Positions 57,531 to 64,000 of a stretch of DNA of 64,000 nt are shown in pieces. Location of the stretch: the NCBI GenBank assembly GCA_044222475.1, contig JBGANF010000015.1:1-64000 (forward strand), written 5' to 3'. This stretch comes from Polyangiaceae bacterium. GTDB taxonomy: Bacteria; Myxococcota_A; Polyangia; Polyangiales; Polyangiaceae. The notes under the pieces are model-generated. The model saw only the letters and a list, made by a program, of their open reading frames with translations, was not told the DNA's origin and searched no databases. Every line of letters starts with the position of its first letter. The first letter of the stretch is position 1. A program made the translations under genes and the position numbers.

Positions 57531-58025
57531 ATGGCATCGCCGATCTGGGCGCCCTGGCGCATGGAGTACATCCTCGGTCCGAAGACCGACGGCGGATGCA
57601 TCTTCTGTGCGTTTCCCGAGCGCAATCGGCACGCCGAGGACCTCGTCCTGTGCACGACGAACGAGGCGTTCGTCTGCCTCAACAAGTACCCGTTCGCGGC
57701 CGGGCACCTGCTCGTCGTCCCGCGCAGGCACGCCGGCGATTTCGGTGACCTCGGCGAAGAAGAGTCCGACGCGCTCTTTCGCCTGCTCCGCGCGACGGTG
57801 GCTCGCCTCCGGCGGGCGACGAACGCGCAGGGCATCAACGTCGGCTTCAACCTCGGCAAAGCGGCCGGCGCCGGCATCGCCGAGCACCTTCACGCTCACG
57901 TCGTACCAAGGTGGGACGGCGACACGAACTTCATGCCCGTCCTCGCCGACGTGCGCGTCATGCCGGAGCACCTGAAGGACACCTACCAGCGCCTCGCCCC
58001 GCACTTTCAGGACCTGGCCGGATGA
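57531..58025 (+). CDS. HIT family hydrolase
   Basis: WAPWRMEYI, CIFC, GHLLVVP, HLHAHVVPRW. Confidence 0.93.
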   Translation: MASPIWAPWRMEYILGPKTDGGCIFCAFPERNRHAEDLVLCTTNEAFVCLNKYPFAAGHLLVVPRRHAGDFGDLGEEESDALFRLLRATVARLRRATNAQGINVGFNLGKAAGAGIAEHLHAHVVPRWDGDTNFMPVLADVRVMPEHLKDTYQRLAPHFQDLAG

Positions 58026-59296
58026 GCGACGACCTCCTCGTCCCGAAGAAGTGGCGCAAGCCGCTCCTCCTCGCGATCAGCGCGGTGGTCGTCGTCGGGG
58101 TCATGGTGCTCGCGCACGAGGTCATGGCGCCGTTCGTCATGGCCCTCGTGATCGCGTACGTGCTCACCCCCGCAGTCGGCTTCGTCGAGCGGCGGGTCAA
58201 GCGCCGCGGGCTCGCGATCGTCATCGTGTACGTCGCAGTGCTCGGCTCGATCGGGCTGTTCGTGCGCCTCGCCGCGCCGCGCATCGGCCAGGAGCTCTCC
58301 AGCCTCGGGACCGAGGCGAAGAAGAACGCTCTCGTCGCGAAGGCCGAGTGGATCCCCGGCGCGCAGACGAAGCTCGAGCAGCTCGGCATGGCCGGCGGCA
58401 GTACGGCCGACCCGGACAAGCCGCCGGAGCCCGCCGTCGTCGTCCATCCGCAGCCCGACGGGTCGTACTCGATCGACGTCGGCTCCGGCTTCCAGATCGA
58501 GGAGAAGGGGCAGAGCGGCTACGTCGTGACGCCGCGCGAGCCCGAGGGTGGCAAGCTCGATCTCAACAAGCTCGCCGACGAGGCGATCGCGAAGAGCGTC
58601 GTGTACCTCCAGTCGAACGCGGTCGAGCTCGTGAAGTTCGGAGGCAACCTCGTGGCCTCGATCTCGCGGGCGATCTTCGTGTTCGGCATCACGCTCATGC
58701 TGGCCGCGTACCTCATGCTCACGCGCGAGAAGATCATCGCGTTCTTCGCGTCGCTCATCCGGCCGGAGGCGCGTGCCGATTTCGACGCGCTGCTCGCGCG
58801 CGTCGACCGCGGCCTGTCCGGCGTCGTCCGCGGGCAGCTGATCATCTGCCTCGTCAACGGCGCGCTCACCGCGATCGGTTTCGCGCTCGTCGGCCTGAAG
58901 TACTGGCCGGTGCTCGCGCTCATCGCGACCGTGCTGTCGCTCATCCCGATCTTCGGCGTCATCGTGAGCTCGGTGCCGGCGGTGGCGATCGGCCTCACCC
59001 AGAGCCCCGGCATCGCGGCCTTCGTCCTGGGGTGGATCATCGTCATCCACCAGATCGAGGCGAACTTCCTGAACCCCAAAATCATGGGCGATGCGGCGAA
59101 GCTCCACCCGGTGCTCGTGATCTTCTCGCTCATCGTGGGCGAGCACTTCTTCCACGCGATCGGCGCGCTCCTGGCGGTACCCACGATGTCCATCGCCCAG
59201 AGCCTGTTTCTCCACTTCCGCGCAGTGGTCGAGGAGCGCGACACCCGGCAGACGGATCCCCCGCCGCCCGTGGACACGAAGCAGGCTTCGGGGTAG
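58022..59296 (+). CDS. AI-2E family transporter
   Basis: PFVMALVIAYVLTP, RGQLII, LIPIFG, QIEANFLNPKIMG, LHPVLVI, GALLAVP. Confidence 0.9.
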   Translation: MSDDLLVPKKWRKPLLLAISAVVVVGVMVLAHEVMAPFVMALVIAYVLTPAVGFVERRVKRRGLAIVIVYVAVLGSIGLFVRLAAPRIGQELSSLGTEAKKNALVAKAEWIPGAQTKLEQLGMAGGSTADPDKPPEPAVVVHPQPDGSYSIDVGSGFQIEEKGQSGYVVTPREPEGGKLDLNKLADEAIAKSVVYLQSNAVELVKFGGNLVASISRAIFVFGITLMLAAYLMLTREKIIAFFASLIRPEARADFDALLARVDRGLSGVVRGQLIICLVNGALTAIGFALVGLKYWPVLALIATVLSLIPIFGVIVSSVPAVAIGLTQSPGIAAFVLGWIIVIHQIEANFLNPKIMGDAAKLHPVLVIFSLIVGEHFFHAIGALLAVPTMSIAQSLFLHFRAVVEERDTRQTDPPPPVDTKQASG

Positions 59297-59307
59297 ACGA
59301 GGGGCGC

Positions 59308-60243
59308 GTGGCCGAGCTCGACAAGTCGCCGAAGGCGAAGAAGAAGAAGAACAGCGCCGCCGCGGTGCAGCAGGAGCTCCGCGACCTGGCGAAGCCGGCC
59401 CCCGGGCAGGAGCGGCCGCCGCTCGACATGCAGAAGCTCTACCAGCGCGCCGGGCTCCTCGTGGCCGGCCTCTGGGCGCTTTCCATCGCCACGTGGTCGT
59501 GGCTCCACCAGCTCTGGCCGCTGTACGTGGCGGGGACCCTCACCGCCGTCATCGCCGGCGGCGGCTGGTGGTTCATCAACTACGTCAAGAAGAACGAGCA
59601 GCTCGCGGGCATCGTGCGCGGCGCCGAGACGGCCGACGGTCGCAAGGAAGCGCTCAAGCGCCTCGAGACCGACTTCAAGAAGGGCGACGTGAGCGCCACG
59701 ATGGCGCGCGCTCAGATCGAGATGCAGGAGGACCCGCGCAAGGCGCTTGAGACCCTCGAGACGATCGACCTCAACAAGATCACCCTCGCGCCGATGGCTG
59801 ATCAAGTGCGCGCGATCCGCGCGCAGCTCCACTTGTCGCTCGGAGAGGTGTCGGCCGCGCGCGCCCTGGCCGACAAGCTCGAGCTCGGTAAGCAAGAGGA
59901 CCAGAAGACGCGTGTCATGTTCGCGACGGTCGCCGGCGAGGCGTGGGCCCGCAGCGGAGCGGCCAAGAAGGCGATCGAGACGCTCGAGCTCTTCAACCCC
60001 GACGATCCCGAGAACGCCGAGGCCCGCGTCCAGATGTGGCGCGCCCGCGCGTTCGCGTACGCGGCTACGAACGACATGAAGGCGGTCGACCGCGCGCTGA
60101 AGAAGCTCGCCGACGCGAACCCGCATCTTCTCGCCATGTTCATCGGCCAGAAGAAGATTCACCCGCTCCTCGAGCGCGCGGCCAAGCAGCTCCTCATGAG
60201 GAGCGGCGCCGTCCAGCGCAAGATGGTTCGCCAGAAGATGTAG
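59308..60243 (+). CDS. membrane protein with TPR-like helical repeats
   Basis: Two TM helices followed by repeats such as KALETLE, ARALAD and KAIETLE. Confidence 0.7.
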   Translation: MAELDKSPKAKKKKNSAAAVQQELRDLAKPAPGQERPPLDMQKLYQRAGLLVAGLWALSIATWSWLHQLWPLYVAGTLTAVIAGGGWWFINYVKKNEQLAGIVRGAETADGRKEALKRLETDFKKGDVSATMARAQIEMQEDPRKALETLETIDLNKITLAPMADQVRAIRAQLHLSLGEVSAARALADKLELGKQEDQKTRVMFATVAGEAWARSGAAKKAIETLELFNPDDPENAEARVQMWRARAFAYAATNDMKAVDRALKKLADANPHLLAMFIGQKKIHPLLERAAKQLLMRSGAVQRKMVRQKM

Positions 60244-60305
60244 TTTCCGCGCAACCCGGCGCGCCCGCGTCCGAAAGGAGGTCACGAACCCCTGGAGGCA
60301 CGGTC

Positions 60306-61094
60306 ATGGCGGACACGAAGGTCGACGGCAACTCGTCGCGGTACACGGATGCGGACTTGGATCGTTGGGCCGGGCACGAGGACGTGTCCACCAACACGGC
60401 GGCGAACCAGCTGCGGCATGCGGCCGGGATGAAGACCGACGTTCGCCTGGGAGCGGACGACAAGACCATCCACGAGACCATCGAGGAGCAGGAGTCGATG
60501 GGGGGTAGCAAAGGCGCAGCTCAGGGCGGCGTGACGTTCGCCGAGCTCGCCGCCGTCGCCTTCGAAGGAGCTGCAGCCGGTGCGCTTCTCGAGCTCGGCG
60601 CCGCAGTGGGCGAGGTGTTCATCTTCGGCAAGGAGCTGATCGATGCGGAGCAACGCGGTGTCGCCGTCGAACGTGACGCGACGCGCGCCGGCCTTCTCGC
60701 GAACCTCGACCTGCCGCAGAGCTACAAGAGCGAGCTCATGGCCCGCCTCAGCACGAAGTACACCGACGGTTGGGCGTCGGGCGCGCAGAAGATCGGCGAG
60801 GCGGGGAGGAATACGGTGGAAGGCCGCCAGGCGATGGCGCTCGCGCAGATCCACGCCGACCAGGGCGCGAACGCGTGTGCGGCGATGCTCGATGCGAAGA
60901 TGGACCGCGCCGCGTTCGTCAAAGCTCACCCCGAGGTGGGCGCGAAGTACGCGACCGATCCGGCGTTCCGGATGGGCTTCGATGCGCTCGAGTTCGCCCA
61001 TACCCATGATGCTGCAGAATACAAGCAAGCGCGCGCCGGTCTCGACGCGCGTGACGCTCGCTACGACGCGCATCACGTCCAGGTGCGGCTATGA
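60306..61094 (+). CDS. hypothetical protein (one central hydrophobic segment, no signal peptide)
   Basis: GGAGG RBS upstream; FAELAAVAFEGAAAGALLELGAAVGEVFIFG. Confidence 0.7.
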   Translation: MADTKVDGNSSRYTDADLDRWAGHEDVSTNTAANQLRHAAGMKTDVRLGADDKTIHETIEEQESMGGSKGAAQGGVTFAELAAVAFEGAAAGALLELGAAVGEVFIFGKELIDAEQRGVAVERDATRAGLLANLDLPQSYKSELMARLSTKYTDGWASGAQKIGEAGRNTVEGRQAMALAQIHADQGANACAAMLDAKMDRAAFVKAHPEVGAKYATDPAFRMGFDALEFAHTHDAAEYKQARAGLDARDARYDAHHVQVRL

Positions 61095-61408
61095 GCTCGA
61101 ACACGAAGAAGCACCTCGCAGCCATCTCGGCGATGCTCGTCGTGCGGTCCGTCATGCTCACAGTGATGTTCGACGGACCGCGTGCGTCGCTCCAAGACGG
61201 TCTGTTCCTCTTCGCCTCCGGCGCTGGGTACGTCGTCGCTGCGATCGGGCTCGCGGTCGCCCTGATGGGCGTGAGCCGGTGGTGGGTCGGTTGGCTCGCC
61301 GCTTGGCAGGCGCGCCGCTTGCCGGCCAAAGTCGCGGCGTTCGAGGCGAAGCTCGCCCAGCGACTCGCACGGCCGGTCGAGTCGGCGCCGCGCCAGCCGT
61401 ACCGTTGA
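61091..61408 (+). CDS. small membrane protein (2 TM)
   Basis: ATGA-coupled to the upstream gene; two hydrophobic segments. Confidence 0.6.
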   Translation: MSSNTKKHLAAISAMLVVRSVMLTVMFDGPRASLQDGLFLFASGAGYVVAAIGLAVALMGVSRWWVGWLAAWQARRLPAKVAAFEAKLAQRLARPVESAPRQPYR

Positions 61409-63412
61409 CTAGGTTCCGATCCCCACCAGCGACGCCCGCGCCACCGGGCGCAGCGTCACCTCGGGGAGCAGCTCCGCGAAGCTCACGACGTGGACCTCGG
61501 GCATCTCCACGTCGATGAGCTTGCGCACGAAACGACGGATGTCCGGTTGGGTCAACAGCACGGTCTGCGCGTCGCCGTCGGCTGCCTTCGCCTCGCCGAC
61601 GGCGCGCCGAATCGACGCGATGACGTCGCGCGCGGCCGCTGGCGGCAGCGTGAGGAACGCACCGTTCGGCGTGCGCGTCACCGCGCGGCGCACGGTGTCC
61701 TCGATCATCGGGTCGAGCGTGATCACCGCGAGGTGAGCGGCTCCACGCGTGAGCCGGTAGGTGATCGCGCGCCGGAACTGGGCGCGCACGTACTCGGTGA
61801 GGTTGAGCGGGTCCTTGTCCTGCGCGCCGACCGTCGCGAGCGCTTCGAGGATGGCGCGGAGATCGCGCACGCCGACGTGCTCCTCGACGAGCCGCCGTAG
61901 GATGTCGGCGAGGAGCTGGAGCGACACCGGCTTCGGCACCACGTTGCGCACGACCGCGGGCGAGAACTGCTCGAGCTCGTCGAGCAGCCGTTGCGTCTCC
62001 GCCATGCCGAGGAAGTCGGCGGCGCGGTTGCGGAGGAGCTCCGCGGCCGCTCGGCTGACGAACGGGACGACGTCGTCCTCCTCGAGATCCTTCGGGAGCG
62101 CGAACAGCTTCGCCGGGACCTCGTGCAGCGCGACGAGGACGTGGCGAGACGGGAGCCCGACCATCGCGCGCACGCGCGGCGCCGGCAACGGGACGCCCAG
62201 CTCGGCGAAGATCGTCTCGCGCAGGGTCAGAAGTGCGGCGCGCAGGCCGGGCTTGTCGCCGCCGTCGAGGATCGGCGCGAGGTCCTCGCTGACGTCGACG
62301 CTCCACGGCGTGACGATGGGAGTGAACGTCGGCCCGCGCTTCTGCGTCGTCGGTTGGGCGGCCGCCGGCTCCTCGGCGCGTCGCTCTTCCTGAGCGAGGC
62401 TCTTCGTGCGCGCGCGCGCGACGAAGAAGAGCGCGCCCGCCAGCACGACGAACGGTGCGGTCGGCAGCCCGGGCACGATCGCGAGCAGCGCGATGAAGAC
62501 CGCCGCGACCATGAGCGCCTTCGGCGTACCGAAGAGCTGCCGCCCGAGCTCCTCGCCCAGGGGAGTGTCGGGCTCTTCGCTCGCGGTGCGCGTGACGAGC
62601 ACGCCGGCCGCGGTCGAGAGGACGAGCGCCGGGATCTGGGACACGAGCCCGTCACCGATGGTGAGCAGACCGTACCGTTTCAGCGCGACGACGACCGGTA
62701 GACCCTTCTGCGCGACGCCGATCGCCAGGCCGCCGAGGATGTTGATGACGGTGATGATGAGCGACGCGATGACGTCGCCCTTGACGAACTTCATCGCGCC
62801 GTCCATCGAGCCGTAGAACTGGCTCTCGCGCGCGAGGGCGCGGCGACGACGTCGCGCTTCGTTGCCGTCGATCGTGCCGGAGCGGAGCTCGGCGTCGATG
62901 GCCATCTGCTTGCCGGGCATCGCGTCGAGCACGAAGCGTGCTCCGACCTCGGCGACGCGCTCGCCGCCTTTGGCGATCACGACGAACTGGATGATCGTGA
63001 GGATGAGGAACACGACCGCGCCGACGACGTAGTTGCCGCGCACGACGAAGCTGCCGAACGCCTTGATGACCTCGCCGGCGTCGGCCTGGAGCAGGATGAG
63101 CCGCGCCGACGACACGTTGAGCGCGAGGCGGAACAGCGTCGTGAGGAGGAGGACCGTCGGGAACGTGGCGATGGCCAGCGCGTCGGGCACGTAGAGGACG
63201 ACCAGCAGGATGGCGACCGACAGCGACAGGTTCGTCGCGAGGAGGATGTCCAGCAGCCAGGTCGGCAGCGGGACGATCATCATCGCCACGACCGACACGA
63301 CGAGGACGGCGAGGCCGATATCGGCTACGCCGATCCTGGATCCCGGCTTGCCGCCACCCGCTCCAAAGAGGCGCTGCGCGGTACGCGCCGCCGGTCCTGA
63401 TGTTCCCGCCAC
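61409..63412 (-). CDS. sctV: type III secretion export apparatus major subunit (SctV/FlhA, FHIPEP family)
   Basis: FPTVLLLTTLFRLALN, ERVAEVGARFVLDAMPGKQMAIDAEL, FYGSMDGAMKFVKGD, LLTIGDGLVSQIP, VVSFAEL. Confidence 0.93.
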   Translation of the reverse strand: MAGTSGPAARTAQRLFGAGGGKPGSRIGVADIGLAVLVVSVVAMMIVPLPTWLLDILLATNLSLSVAILLVVLYVPDALAIATFPTVLLLTTLFRLALNVSSARLILLQADAGEVIKAFGSFVVRGNYVVGAVVFLILTIIQFVVIAKGGERVAEVGARFVLDAMPGKQMAIDAELRSGTIDGNEARRRRRALARESQFYGSMDGAMKFVKGDVIASLIITVINILGGLAIGVAQKGLPVVVALKRYGLLTIGDGLVSQIPALVLSTAAGVLVTRTASEEPDTPLGEELGRQLFGTPKALMVAAVFIALLAIVPGLPTAPFVVLAGALFFVARARTKSLAQEERRAEEPAAAQPTTQKRGPTFTPIVTPWSVDVSEDLAPILDGGDKPGLRAALLTLRETIFAELGVPLPAPRVRAMVGLPSRHVLVALHEVPAKLFALPKDLEEDDVVPFVSRAAAELLRNRAADFLGMAETQRLLDELEQFSPAVVRNVVPKPVSLQLLADILRRLVEEHVGVRDLRAILEALATVGAQDKDPLNLTEYVRAQFRRAITYRLTRGAAHLAVITLDPMIEDTVRRAVTRTPNGAFLTLPPAAARDVIASIRRAVGEAKAADGDAQTVLLTQPDIRRFVRKLIDVEMPEVHVVSFAELLPEVTLRPVARASLVGIGT

Positions 63413-63474
63413 GGGCCGAGGTTAGTCGAAAAAGAGGGGGTGTGGGCGAGGGTCGTTTATACTGGTCGCCCGCA

Positions 63475-64000
63475 ATGTCGCTTCGCCGCCGATCCAGCCA
63501 GGGAATCCCGAGCGTCCGGATCCCCATCCTGCAGGTGACGGGGCATGGGCACACCGACGTCGGGCGGCGCCGCACCTCGAACGAGGACGCGTTCTACCTC
63601 GACGACCGACTCGGTCTCTACGTCGTGGCCGACGGCATGGGCGGTCACGCCGCGGGCGAGGTCGCGAGCCAGGAAGCCGTGGAGACCGTCTACGGCATGG
63701 TCAAGCGAGGGGTGAAGGATCTCGGGGTCCTCGTCGATCCTCTCGACGAGCAGGTCGCCCGCAAGGCCCAGCGCCTCCTCGAGAGCGCGATTCAGGCGGC
63801 CACCTACATGGTGTTCTCCATCGCGGAGCTCGACAAGGGCAAGACCGGCATGGGCACCACCATCAGCGCGCTGCTGGTGCTCGGCACCTACGCGGTCACC
63901 GGCCAGGTCGGCGACAGCCGCATCTACAAGACCAGCGGCGACACGGTGGAGCAGCTCACCGAAGACCACACCTTGATCGCCTGGCAGATCAAACAGGGCC
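63475..64000 (+). CDS. PP2C-family Ser/Thr phosphatase (truncated at the window end)
   Basis: Manual translation: HTDVGRRRTSNED, VVADGMGGHAAGEVAS, GMGTT, VGDSR, QLTEDH. Confidence 0.92.
   Translation, partial: MSLRRRSSQGIPSVRIPILQVTGHGHTDVGRRRTSNEDAFYLDDRLGLYVVADGMGGHAAGEVASQEAVETVYGMVKRGVKDLGVLVDPLDEQVARKAQRLLESAIQAATYMVFSIAELDKGKTGMGTTISALLVLGTYAVTGQVGDSRIYKTSGDTVEQLTEDHTLIAWQIKQG

Overview
A very GC-rich bacterial chromosome segment, about 70% GC by eye. Gene content (Hanks-type Ser/Thr kinases, Cys-rich lipoproteins, a VKOR-DsbA fusion, a lone SctV/FlhA) suggests Myxococcota, probably Polyangiales; this taxonomy is inferred. It carries about 60 CDS: housekeeping genes (asd, rnr, ybeY, HU, lnt, pheA, aroA, cmk, rpsA), envelope and signalling genes, and hypotheticals. 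No rRNA, tRNA, CRISPR array or prophage was seen. The most unusual structure is a dispersed, highly structured non-coding repeat family at 32.66-33.08 kb and 47.83-49.31 kb. It consists of 36-37 bp tandem units with a GC-GNA-GC mini-hairpin core, a ~30-50 bp anchor and a ~170-230 bp hairpin-rich body showing compensatory base changes. At the second locus it forms a large inverted repeat enclosing a 158-aa orphan gene. A RAYT/IS200-like HUH Y1 transposase is also present, preceded by a (TCCGCT)n microsatellite that recurs inside two genes. Other observations: an unlisted 56-aa antisense-overlapping membrane protein, a probable pseudokinase, a fusion of a nitrate-reductase-associated domain with a degenerate MoaC, a detached GT2-C45-LolA module, a CrtU-like gene, a putative LexA box, and recurrent -10 hexamers 6-9 nt before start codons. 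All protein family calls come from motif recognition by eye; no database search was run.
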